From Podarcis liolepis (taxonomy: Eukaryota), in the NCBI GenBank assembly GCA_965112155.1, contig OZ218103.1: a stretch of 64,000 nt of DNA. One strand, 5' to 3'. A program made the position numbers and the translations under genes. Under the pieces are notes generated by a model. That model ran no database searches. It was not told the DNA's origin and saw nothing but the letters and a program-made list of their open reading frames with translations. Shown here in pieces: positions 13,092-23,795 of this stretch. Position 1 is the first letter of the stretch. Every line of letters starts with the position of its first letter.

Positions 13092-13402
13092 GTAAGTGCA
13101 GTAGCATCTCTCTGATCTCTTTCCCTGGGGCTGCCTGCGCCAGGTTTTAAGACCAGTCTCTGAGGTCCTGTTGTATGGCATGTTGATAAGACACGTCAGA
13201 CAGATTGAGACAAGGCTTTTTCAGTGGTGACACCCTATTTGTGCAATTCTCTCCACTGGGAAAAAAGAAAGCCTGGCTTTAAAAAGAATTCTTCAATCCA
13301 AATTTCATTAACTGCTGCATTGTAGTTTAATTGCTACTCTCATTTTTTTATGTGGTCTCCGTTTTGTAGTTTTCTATAGTACTTCTGCTGTATAATGTTG
13401 TA

Positions 13403-13758
13403 AAGTTAAAGGTACCCCTGACCGTTAGGTCCAGTCGCAGGCAACTCTTGCGGCGCTCATCTTGATTTACTGATTGAGGGAACCGGCATTTGTCCGCAGA
13501 CAGCTTCTGGGTCATGTGGCCAGCATGACTAAGCCGCTTCTGGCAAACCAGAGCAGCGCACGGAAACGCCGTTTACCTTCCCGCTGGAGCGGTACCTATT
13601 TATCTACTTGCACTTTGATGTGCTTTCAAACTGCTAGATTGGCAGGAGCAGGGACCGAGCAATGGGAGCTCACCCCATCACGGGGATTCAAACTGCCGAC
13701 CTTCTGATCGGCAAGTTCTAGGCTCTGTGGTTTAACCCACAGCGCCACCCGCGTCCCC
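13403..13758 (-). mobile_element. Sauria SINE
   Basis: Reverse complement of the GGGACGCGGGTGGCGCTGTGG head and ACCTTT tail; TSD TATAATG[T/C]TGTA. Confidence 0.9.
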
Positions 13759-14236
13759 TATATAATGCTGTAGCACTCCTTTATGAGGTGGAAGTTATGT
13801 AGATGTGATAATGTATGGATTGGAAGGATTTTGACAAGGGCTGTACCTAGTTCCTTGCTCTCCTTTTGCTGTACAGAATTCTACCGCTATTGTTGAGAGA
13901 GCTTGAAATATGCCTGTTTTTTGGGTCTTTGCTGTGGAGGTAGCTGTAGAGTCTCCCTTGGGAGCTGGGGGAGATGTATGCTATTGGGAGTGTTGCCTGC
14001 AAGACGAAGGTCTCTTGTAAGCTACTTCAGCTTTTAAATTGTGTGATTTTGGTCAGTATACATATTTATTCCCATATGTCATGCTTCAGCCCCAGGATCT
14101 ATTATTATTGGAACCTCCTTGCAGAATTGTGTGTTTGACAATGTGCCTTGAAATAACATCTTTAGGTTTTGAGTTAATGTATGTCAGCTATTGGCAGCCT
14201 CTCTTGTTAACTAACACCCCCTTTTTATGGTTTCAG

Positions 14237-14299
14237 ATACCAGTATCCCTCTATTGATGAATTAGCTGAAATGCTCCCTGCTGTTCTTACGCACCTGAG
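14237..14299 (+). CDS. NDRG3: NDRG3 coding exon (~6): YQYPSIDELAEMLPAVLTHLS
   Basis: tttcag| acceptor; non-canonical donor AG|gcaagt; 63 nt, in frame with both neighbours. Confidence 0.93.
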
Positions 14300-14611
14300 G
14301 CAAGTATACAAAGACACCCAGGCCTTTAATAATTTGCTTCACTGCAGGATGTCCACATAGCATGTCCCCATTCCCCAGAATCTTCCCCAGGAATAGAGGA
14401 GAGACATGTGTTTAGGATGCATAGAAATGAAGCAGTTGCTCAGTTTCATTTAAATTATACATGCAGTATTTTTGTAACCACCCCATTGTTCTTCACCATG
14501 AACCACAGTAGCTCCCTTCAGCAGATCACCCATCTCATTGCTGATCTAAAGGACGATGGCTGGGTATGTTATGGGCTTTGAAGCATGTTCTCACTTTGAA
14601 CTCTCTTTCAG

Positions 14612-14672
14612 TCTGAAAAGCGTAATTGGTATTGGCGTTGGAGCTGGCGCTTATATCCTTAGCAAGTTTGCA
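14612..14672 (+). CDS. NDRG3: NDRG3 coding exon (~7): LKSVIGIGVGAGAYILSKFA
   Basis: ctttcag| ... |gtaagt, 61 nt. Confidence 0.96.
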
Positions 14673-14966
14673 GTAAGTAGCCTCTGACTGTTGATTTCCC
14701 TGTGTGAACAAATTCTGTCTCTCTGTGCTCCATGCATAGGGCTGCCTGTTTATAAAAACACACGTAGCAGAGATGAGTGCAGTAATGAGAAATACTGGTA
14801 AGAGCAAGTGGCCTGAATCATGGATGTCCCAACCCCTCTGGAGGAAGGACTTCCATAAAAAGTTGATGAAAGGTGAGACAGTTAATTCAAAGTGATGGAT
14901 AGATCCTTGTGGGCTGCTATTCAATTCCAGGAGGATGATCACTCAACAAAGCAGTAAATTTACTGT

Positions 14967-15318
14967 TAAAGGTAAAGGGACCCCTGATCATTAGGTCCAG
15001 TCGTGGCCGACTCTGGGGTTGTGGCACTCATCTTGCTTTATTGGCCGAGGGAGCCGGCGTACAGCTTCCGGGTCATGTGGCCAGCATGACTAAGCCGCTG
15101 CTGGCAAACCAGAGCAGCGCACGGAAACACCGTTTACCTTCCCGCTGGAGCAGTACCTATTTATCTACTTGCACTTTGCCGTGCTTTCAAACTGCTAGGT
15201 TGGCAGGAGCAGGGACCGAGCAACGGGAGCTCACCCCGTTGCGGGGATTTGAACTGCCGACCTTCTGATTGGCAAGTCCTAGGCTCTGTGGTTTAACCCA
15301 CAGCGCCACCCGCATCCC
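14967..15318 (-). mobile_element. Sauria SINE
   Basis: Near-identical to the copies at 13403 and 23011. Confidence 0.9.
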
Positions 15319-16014
15319 TTAAGTGCCAGTTAAGTCTACTAGTCTTCTCATGTATTATTTCCCAGGCTAAACTGAGCTCTTTGGCATACACCCTTAATAT
15401 TGTGGCTATTTCATTTCATTTTATTGTATTGCATTTATATACCACCTTTCAAGGAGCTCAAGGCGGTATACATTGCTCATACATGGTTGCCTTATAGTTA
15501 CTGTGGTCTAGGCTAGTCATTCATACTCCTTTGCATTTTAAATCACAATATTTGGGAATATACACACTAGACATGTTCCTCAAAAAAGAAGTTCATTTTG
15601 AATTGAAATGTATTAAATCCTCATTTTCCATTTCCATTTTTTTTTAATCTAACCAGAACTTAAGAAAAACAATTAAGTTATTTTATAAAAGTTTCATCTT
15701 TCTGGCTCGTGTTATCTTGCTTTTTGGAAAAAAATTATATATAATCAAGTACGCTTTACTAATTGAGACTGAAATCAATAATTCAGTTACTGCTAATGAA
15801 GAGTAAGGTTGTACCATATCTTGAACCTTATTATTACATTATATAACAAAAGTGGTCTGTTTTTCAGGTTAAAAAACTCTCTTTCCTTACTCTTATCATA
15901 TTAGACAGCTGAGTCACATAAGCCGTGTCCCAGATTCTCATGCCAATCTTTGGGGGAAAGGGAGGATTAAATCTTTTTCTACCTGCAATTTACAAGTGGT
16001 TTTTTATTTTTTAG

Positions 16015-16101
16015 TTGCATCACCCTGACTTGGTGGAAGGTCTGGTACTTGTTAACATTGACCCATGTGGAAAAGGATGGATGGACTGGGCAGCATCCAA
16101 G
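16015..16101 (+). CDS. NDRG3: NDRG3 coding exon (~8): [29 protein letters not shown]
   Basis: tttttag| ... |gtagga, 87 nt. Confidence 0.96.
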
Positions 16102-16337
16102 GTAGGATTGTTCTTCCATAATTGGAATGCCAATGCTGATTTACATTATTCAGTTACTGGAATTAGGTTTTAGTGAATGCTTTGATATTATTGATGACTG
16201 CTTTGCCTTTCATTTGTTTGCTTTTTTAAAGCAAAGGTCAAACTCTTCTCTTCTTTATTCTAATTACTTACGTTGTATCACTAGAGATACCCAGCCATGT
16301 AGCTGACACAGAGCCAAAGAATATACTTTTCTATATA

Positions 16338-16744
16338 CCGTATTTTTCCATCTATAAGATGCCCCCTATTTTGGGGGACTCAGATTCAGATTTAAGAAAA
16401 TGGTGGGGGGGAGATGGCCCAGAGCAGAGGTCAGCAAACTTTTTCAGCAGGGGGCCAGTCCACTGTCCCTCAGACATTGTGGGGGGCCGGACTATATTTT
16501 TTGGGGGGGGAAATGAACGAATTCCTATGCCCCACAAATAAACCAGAGATGCATTTTAAATAAAAGCACACATTCTACTCATGTAAAAACACGCTCATTC
16601 CATGACCGTTCGTGGGCCGGATTTAGAAGGCGATTGGGCCGGATCCGGCCCCCAGGTCTTAGTTTGCCTACTCATGGCCCAGAGTATAAGACACCCCCTA
16701 ATTTTTCAGGGGGGAAAATTAGTCTTATAAACAGAAAAATACGG
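16338..16744. mobile_element. Tc1/mariner-superfamily (Tc2-like) MITE carrying a nested hAT element
   Basis: TA TSD; terminal inverted repeats CCGTATTTTTC..TATAAGA. Confidence 0.75.
16425..16676. mobile_element. hAT MITE (MER20-like ends)
   Basis: Perfect 8-bp TSD GCCCAGAG; termini CAGAGGTCAGCAAAC / GTTTGCCTACTCATG. Confidence 0.85.
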
Positions 16745-17109
16745 TACTTTTTCTATGGCAATGCATATGGAATGCAACAGGCAGTTTAAAAAATAAATAA
16801 AAAAGAGCCAGTGGGATGGAACTTTTAAACAAGAAAAAAAAAAATACTTACTTTTGCCTTCATATGCACTGTTTTATAATTGTTTGCCAGATTTATGCAC
16901 ATCAGGGTAGCCAGTGTGGTCCCCTCCAGATCTTGGATTACATCTTTCATTAGCCCCATCATGTCTGCACAGAAGTAAAATCCCATTGGATTTAATGTGG
17001 TTTCTTCAAAAGTAAATGGGTGTTGGAGTTGTGACTGCAGCCTGTTCTGTGTTGCTTGACTACCGTGTAGTGCCACCACTTGAAATAATTTGACTTTTCT
17101 TTTTTCCAG

Positions 17110-17166
17110 TTTTCTGGGTGGACAACAAACATTGTGGACATTGTTCTGGCTCACCATTTTGGTCAT
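17110..17166 (+). CDS. NDRG3: NDRG3 coding exon (~9): FSGWTTNIVDIVLAHHFGH
   Basis: ttttccag| ... |gtaagt, 57 nt. Confidence 0.95.
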
Positions 17167-17832
17167 GTAAGTCAACTGCTGGATCCAATATCGAAAATGC
17201 CTATTAATATAAAGAACTTTAAATAAAAATGAACTGCTTTGATCCTAACCTCAGTAGCTGCTTACAATAACATTATTACTGTCTCAGTTTTAAGTTGTTG
17301 AATGAGTAAAAAAAAAGTGTGTGTTTTGACATTCTGCTCCCCTTTTCTTGAGCATTCTGGGATGACCAGGCATTGCTAAACATTCCAGCATTGGAATATT
17401 TCCTGTGTGTTGATTCTTTATGTGTATACTCATGCTGCAAGTACATGTATATGTGACCTCCCACTATCTCTCCTTCCTTTACAGCAAGCTCTTCATACAA
17501 GTGTTTTATTTGTAATATTTATATTCTGTCTCTTAGGGCGTAGGCCTCTCAATGTAGTGTACAACTAAAGGAGTTTAATTTGAAATACATCAGAGTGTTT
17601 ACAAAAACCACATAATCAGAATTATAAAGAAGTGCCAAGTTTCAGGAATCAGTTTCATTAAAAACATTGTAAAAGGCAAACTAGAGCAAACGAGTCCTAA
17701 AAGGCATGTTTGAAAGCTTGTATTGAAAGGGTTTTTTGTAGTTTCATTTGACAAATTCCTTGTATATTTGCTTTTTTTTTAATAGCATGGTTAGCAAGAC
17801 AACTGATTAGAATATTTGTCATTCTTCACTAG

Positions 17833-17936
17833 GAAGAACTGCAAGCTAACTTGGAGCTGATCCAGACCTACAGACTTCATATTGCACAGGACATCAATCA
17901 GGAGAACTTACAGCTCTTTGTCACCTCCTATAACAG
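17833..17936 (+). CDS. NDRG3: NDRG3 coding exon (~10): EELQANLELIQTYRLHIAQDINQENLQLFVTSYNS
   Basis: cactag| ... |gtacaa, 104 nt. Confidence 0.96.
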
Positions 17937-18353
17937 GTACAAGACTGGTATAGAATCCTGTTTCACCCCCCACCCCAACCTTGAAAGTATAATTGTGCAT
18001 ACATAGTGCTTCTGCAGCAGTTGACAGCATATATATTGGAATAGCCTTTGTTTTAAAAAAATCAAAGAGCCTCCCTCGTTCAAGAAGCTTACCAGGTTCC
18101 CTTCTTTAGTTTAAGATCCAGTGCCATCGACATGTGACCCTATAATGTTGTTCTAGTTGTCAGGGCTTTTTTATCTAAGCAAAATCTTAGTCTGGTTGCT
18201 TCATTCTTTTTATGCTTTCTAGCTTATGAATAGAGCAAACAACTAGGAGATAAAGTAGTCATGTGGCAAGCTGAGGGGTGGGTGGGGACTAAAGCACATG
18301 TGCCTCTTGTTGGTAACAAGAGGGAAATTGTGCACCTCGTAGAGTAGTTAGGC

Positions 18354-18489
18354 CAGGCACCCCCAAACGCGGCCCTCCAGATGTTTTGGGACTACAATTC
18401 CCATCATCCCTGACCATTGCTCCTGTTAGCTAGGGATGGTGGGAGTTGTAGTCCCAAAACTTCCGGAGGTCCGAATTTGGGGATGCCTG
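18354..18489. mobile_element. Palindromic hAT MITE (136 bp)
   Basis: Perfect 8-bp TSD AGTTAGGC; fold-back along its whole length; degraded relatives near 10735, 21145, 33215, 37065, 52615, 57660, 59822 and 63440. Confidence 0.88.
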
Positions 18490-18559
18490 AGTTAGGCAAT
18501 GCCTACATTGCCTCCATCCCAGCCTTGTTTGACTTGGTCCTCCCGTATTGTCTTCCTAG

Positions 18560-18625
18560 CCGTAGAGATCTGGACATTGAGAGGCCAGTCTTGGGTATGA
18601 CTGAAGAGGCAGGAAAAACACTCAA
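18560..18625 (+). CDS. NDRG3: NDRG3 coding exon (~11): RRDLDIERPVLGMTEEAGKTLK
   Basis: ttcctag| ... |gtaagt, 66 nt; visible at the end of ORF 18417..18629. Confidence 0.95.
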
Positions 18626-18899
18626 GTAAGTTTATCTCGGTCATCTTTGAACCTGTGCTTGAAATTATGTGGAATTCCTTTTCTAAGTTTAGCAGTATTC
18701 TGTTTCCTCTGTTTCCCCATTGCCCGTGTACCCAGAGTTCCACATCCTTTAAAAATATTAATGTAGTACATGATTTATCTCCTTTTGCAATGCTTTTAGT
18801 AGAACAACTTGCAAATTGGACGCTTAATTGAGTTATCTGCACCCCAAATATCTACTTCAGCCTATCTAACTGCCTTTATTTTTATTTAATTCATTTCTC

Positions 18900-19185
18900 T
18901 CTCCTAAAGTTGAAAAAGACCTCCAAGTCAGTTAAACCCCAACCCGCTGCTAATGCAGGAAATCTATTGATAGATACATGGCTGTGCAGACTCCGCTTAA
19001 AAACCTCTAACAAAGGAATGCCTTCTAGGCATTCTGTTTCACCGTGGCGATTCTTCCTAAAGTTCAGTTGAAATCCCCTTTTTTGCAATTCAAACCAATT
19101 GGTTCTGGTGCTACCCTCTGGAACAACAAAAACCAAATGTGATCCATTCATGCCATAGCCCTTCAGGTGTTTGAAAAACTGTTGC
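18900..19185 (-). mobile_element. CR1 LINE 3' fragment
   Basis: FKHLKG..EGSTRTNWFELQKRGFQLNFRKN resembles the CR1 ORF2 C-terminus. Confidence 0.7.
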
Positions 19186-19828
19186 TGGGGTGATAGATGT
19201 TTCATGTCACAGGCCTTCAGCCCGTCATTGCACTGCACAGTGGGTATCTGCCCTAAAGCACAGATAATTATTTCCCCAAGCTCCATCGTGGGGGAAAAGT
19301 TGTACATATGAACAAAATATGGTGAGATCACTTTCCCTGTGTCTCTTATCAGTTGGTACAGGCATGTTTGAATGAATGAATGAATGAATGTACACTGGCA
19401 TTAAGTACATTAAGAAATAGTGATCTAGTATAGAAATACAGCATAATGAAGTATTCATGAACGTGATGTATCCGGTGAAGTCACTTTGTGCACGGAATGT
19501 CTTCTGCTTGTGCAACAAACCTTTCCCTCCCCTACACACCTCCTGCATCTCCCCAAATCTTCTCTGGGGGTTCTCCCAAGACTCCAATAGCTAGTATGGT
19601 GGGATGTTTTGTTGCGGAGCAATGGAGATGTATTGCAGACCAGAAATGTAGGGTATTCAAATGAACAGGAACTGTAATACAAATGATGGTATTTTCTAGG
19701 TTTAGGGTTGCTTTATAGAAATGCTAGCAACTCTTAGCAAAAAATAAAACAGCAGAATTTATGACAGCAGGAGTTGATGCTTGTTTAAATTGTGCAGACT
19801 ACAACTTTCTCCTGTGGATTTTGTACAG

Positions 19829-19880
19829 GTGTCCTGTCTTATTAGTGGTTGGGGACAGCTCACCAGCAGTTGAAGCTGTG
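19829..19880 (+). CDS. NDRG3: NDRG3 coding exon (~12): CPVLLVVGDSSPAVEAV
   Basis: tgtacag| ... |gtaagt, 52 nt; inside ORF 19761..19988. Confidence 0.96.
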
Positions 19881-21334
19881 GTAAGTATGCCTGGTTATTA
19901 TACTCTTTACTCTCCACTTCCTTCCTTTCTTGGCAGGAGAAACTCTGCAAATTTCACACAATCCGTTCAAGTAGTATTTATCAAGTGAGGTGTTTGCTTC
20001 TATCCATGAGTCTTGAATTTGTGTGAGGATAAAATACAGGCCATTGCTTTTTAAACTATTCACTTACTGATTTTCATATATCACAATATATAATTCCCCA
20101 CCCCCCAAAATACAGTTTTGTGATAGCAGAATAGTCAAGGAATTATTGAAAAGTATTCTGCTGGGCAAATGAAGGTGTCCTTCCAGAGGTCTCCTTGAAT
20201 TGCTGGTGATCTGTATTCATGTTCTTTTGTGAGGGCATAAGAAAGAAAGCGGAACCATTTTTTAAAAATAAACTTTGTCTGATTTTTGTTATTAATCCAT
20301 CATTGCCGTACTTTATCTGTTAGCTTGTCCATCAGAGCCAAGTCCCAAATCTGTAAAAATCAGATTTCAAAAAGATTGCCATTCAAAGTACTCCAAAATT
20401 TAGCAATAGTAAGTCTGACAGCTGTCATAAGCTGAGTTATGAAATACTTTTAATTACTCATGAGCTGTCAAAGCTCTTTGACACAGGTATAATTTCTCCT
20501 CCTGGTGTCTTAATGTTCAAGGGGAGGGTGGGGGATCTCATCTCTGAACTGTAGTTAATATCTGGGCAAGTTTCAACATACATATCCTACCAGTTAGGCA
20601 CAGATTGGGGTGCTGGTGATTAGATACTTGTGTCTAGATCCATGCAGCCCATTCTGATGTTATAAAGGCAATGTATATCGAGCGACTCTTTTTGTCTCTC
20701 TGTCTCTCAGTTCATTCCCTTCTGCTCTCACAAAGATTCAAGTGGGTAAAATAACATCAACACAAGCCCTGAGAGATGTGGTTGTGTGAATTGGTGTTGC
20801 CACTTCCCTCTCAAATTCTCTGTTCTCAAATCAAATGAGTTTTCAGCACCACAGTTTTTCTGGCTGCTATCGTTAACAGTGAATCTGCATCTCTGCTTTC
20901 AGTGTCAATTGTGGAGGTTGAGAAATTTAGAATGTATGTGTTGTCCCTGCTTTGTGCTTCCTGGAGACTTGCCTCAGTGTTTCATTTATGTCATTTTATT
21001 CTGCTGTTAACATTAAGGTTAGATAAGGCTGTGCAAGCTTAATGGCTGAGCAGAAATTTGAACACAGGACTTCCAAGTCCAGCTTTTTATTCACTGTATT
21101 GGCTTTTGATGTCATAACTAGACTTTATTAGATATAACCAACATTGTGCACTCTGTGTTTTGGGACTACAGTTCCCATCATCTTTGTCTGTGCTGTGTGA
21201 GGATTATGGGAATTGGAGTCCAACAACATCTGGAGTTCCCCACATTGGGTACCTCTGGTCTACATGTTCATGCATCTTTCATATGGGCATATATCAGTCA
21301 CATCAGATACCCGGAAAAACTCTCAATCCTAACT

Positions 21335-21535
21335 TCTTCTTCTTCTTCTTCCTTATGTTGCCCATCTGACTGGGTTCCCCTAGCCACTCTGGGTGGCTTC
21401 CAACAAATTATAACACAATACAACATGAGACATTAAAAATTTCCCTGAACAGGGCTGCCTTCAGATGTCTTCTAAAAGTCAGATAGTCAGGAACGGAAAG
21501 GCGTTCCACAGGGTGGGCACGACTACCGAGAAAGA
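21335..21535 (-). mobile_element. L2-like LINE 3' end
   Basis: Simple-repeat tail followed by GCCCATCTG..GCCTTCAGATGTCTTCTAAAAG..GCGTTCCACAGG pattern. Confidence 0.55.
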
Positions 21536-21698
21536 ACAGGGACATTGTATCTTATCCACCAAATCCCTTCCTTCGATGTGCTGCTGCTAAAGTATGATAT
21601 TCCTGTATCCAGTCCCCACCTTCGCTGGATCCTTGGTAATAACTATGAATTCGATAAATAACGGAGGGGGGAAATAAATGCTGTTTTGTGCTTTGTAG

Positions 21699-21746
21699 GT
21701 TGAATGCAATTCACGGCTGGATCCAATGAATACAACACTCTTGAAG
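21699..21746 (+). CDS. NDRG3: NDRG3 coding exon (~13): VECNSRLDPMNTTLLK
   Basis: ttgtag| ... |gtaacc, 48 nt. Confidence 0.95.
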
Positions 21747-21827
21747 GTAACCATCAACTATGAGTGGCTGTCTTGGGGGCTGTCATTCTAGAGTTCATTG
21801 TGCTTCCTGGTTTGCCATCCTCCACTA

Positions 21828-22130
21828 CATAAGAACAGCCTGCTGGATTGGACCAAAGGCCCCATCTAGTTCATAACTCTGTTCTCACAATGGCTGACCA
21901 GATGCCTATGGGAAGCACGTAAGCAGATCCAGAGGGCAATAGCAATGGTGACATCCTGATAGCCTTATTCTCCATTAACTTGTGTAATACTCTTTTAAAG
22001 CCGTCCAAGTTGATATCTTTCACTGTCTCATGCAAGAGTGAATGCCATAATTTAACAATGCCCTGCATGAAGACGTATTTTCTTTTGCCTGCCTTGAGTC
22101 TTCATTTGAGGTCCCTGAGTTCTAGTGCTA
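21828..22130 (-). mobile_element. CR1 LINE 3' fragment
   Basis: IVKLWHSLLHETV..LDGFKRVLHKLM and CATAAGAA...GGACCAAAGGCCCATCTAGT 3' end. Confidence 0.7.
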
Positions 22131-22531
22131 TGACAGAGGAAGAAATCAGAGTTGTATACCTGCATTTAAGTGTACTCTGGAGGCTGAAATGGCAGCAGGG
22201 AATGGGTTTGTTAGCAGCTGTGCTTCCTCTTAGTCCAAATCCAGAAATGAGGGCTAACCTCAACCCTATTAAATATATTTCCCTTTCGCCGTCTTCCCCT
22301 GTGGCTAATGTCACTGAAGGCTCCCCGTCTCAGCATGCCATTCATTTTCTTTCCCTGAGGAAACTTCAATTTAAAGCTATGTTTGCTGGAAATAGACACT
22401 GTGTCTCAGCTTGATGCTATAATCCACCACTTGCTGGGCTAATTTAGGCTTCATTTGTTTGCTCAGCATTTTTAGCTGAATGTCATTTTATCTTGGTTTT
22501 GACTCTCTCCTTTCTCCATTTCTTCTTGCAG

Positions 22532-22567
22532 ATGGCAGACTGTGGAGGGCTCCCTCAAGTCGTTCAG
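22532..22567 (+). CDS. NDRG3: NDRG3 coding exon (~14): MADCGGLPQVVQ
   Basis: cttgcag| ... |gtgagc, 36 nt. Confidence 0.95.
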
Positions 22568-22676
22568 GTGAGCTCTCATTTTAGTGGGTCTCCTGCATCT
22601 TGTATGCTTTTAGGGGTATAAATAATGGCTATATTTATGTTTATGTTTATGCTTATATTTATATTTATTTTTTCAG

Positions 22677-22728
22677 CCTGGGAAACTGACTGAAGCCTTC
22701 AAGTATTTCGTGCAGGGAATGGGCTACA
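22677..22728 (+). CDS. NDRG3: NDRG3 coding exon (~15): PGKLTEAFKYFVQGMGY
   Basis: ttttcag| ... |gtaagt, 52 nt. Confidence 0.96.
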
Positions 22729-23010
22729 GTAAGTTATAACTACACTGACTTATTTCACAGAGGGCAGGATTGGGAATTACCTGTCATTCAGACCCCACTA
22801 GGCTGCTGATAGGTCTATTTTTCCCCCCATTGAGACTTGGTGTTTTTCACTACTGGCCAATATGGGCCATGCATATTGCTGGACTTGGAAGAAGGTCTTC
22901 TCTGAACTGTAGGCATATTTGTCCAGATTCCCAGATTCCTTGGTGAGTGGGTTAAATTGGGAGAGTTCCAGAAAGGAAAATGTTAATTGCCAAGGTCTAT
23001 CCTTTGGTTA

Positions 23011-23371
23011 GGGACATGGGTGGCGCTGTGGGTTAAACCACTGAGCCTAGGACTTGCCGATCAGAAGGTCGGCGGTTCGAATCCCAGCAACGGGGTGAGC
23101 TCCCGTTGCTCAGTCCCTGCTCCTGCCAACCTAGCAGTTCGAAAGCACATCAAAGTGCAAGTAGATAAATAGGTACCACTCTGGCGGGAAGGTAAACGGC
23201 GTTTCCGTGTGCTGCTCTGGTTCGCCAGAAGCGGCTTAGTCATGCTGGCCCCATGACCCGGAAACTGTACGCCGGCTCCCTTGGCCAATAAAGCAAGATG
23301 AGCGCCGCAACCCCAGAGTCGGCCACGACTGGACCTAACGGTCAGCGGTCCCTTTACCCTTTACCTTTACC
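23011..23371 (+). mobile_element. Sauria SINE (full length)
   Basis: tRNA-like head with GGTTCGAATCC B-box; (ACCTTT)n tail; TSD ATCCT[T/G]TGGTTAG. Confidence 0.92.
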
Positions 23372-23756
23372 TAATCCTGTGGTTAGATTGGCAGCCCTGT
23401 ACTTGTATTCAAAACAGGATCAAGCCTTTTGCTACAGGTAACTTCATCGGGGGGAAATTCCTGCATCACCTGTCTTCCTGATCTGTGTGCCTGTAGCAAA
23501 AAGAAGGTACATAGCAAGAAATTAAATTTAGGGTTGGGGGGAAAAATCGCTTGACATTTAAAGGCCCAAGAAATTAGAAACTATATTTGCAGGTCATCTA
23601 GTGTGGTGTTAAGCACATTGCCTGAAGTTCTACCATGTTGCAAATACTGAAAGACTGAGTGTTCAGGCTTGGTGCTCAAGCAGCGTACATTCTTCTAGGC
23701 ATGTCATTCCTACACTAACCTGTATTTCCCATTCCCTCTCTTGTCTTTGCTTCCAG

Positions 23757-23795
23757 TCCCTTACGTGCAGCTCAGTCACCTGAGCACTGAGTCAG
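23757..23795 (+). CDS. NDRG3: NDRG3 39-nt alternative cassette exon: (I)PYVQLSHLSTES
   Basis: CTAAC branch point, long pyrimidine tract, ttccag| ... CAG|gtacct; symmetric phase 1, frame-preserving. Confidence 0.85.

Noticed and set aside
13474-23288. Three similar 75-77 aa ORFs (MTKPLLANQSS...)
   Set aside because: They are antisense translations of Sauria SINE copies, not a gene family.
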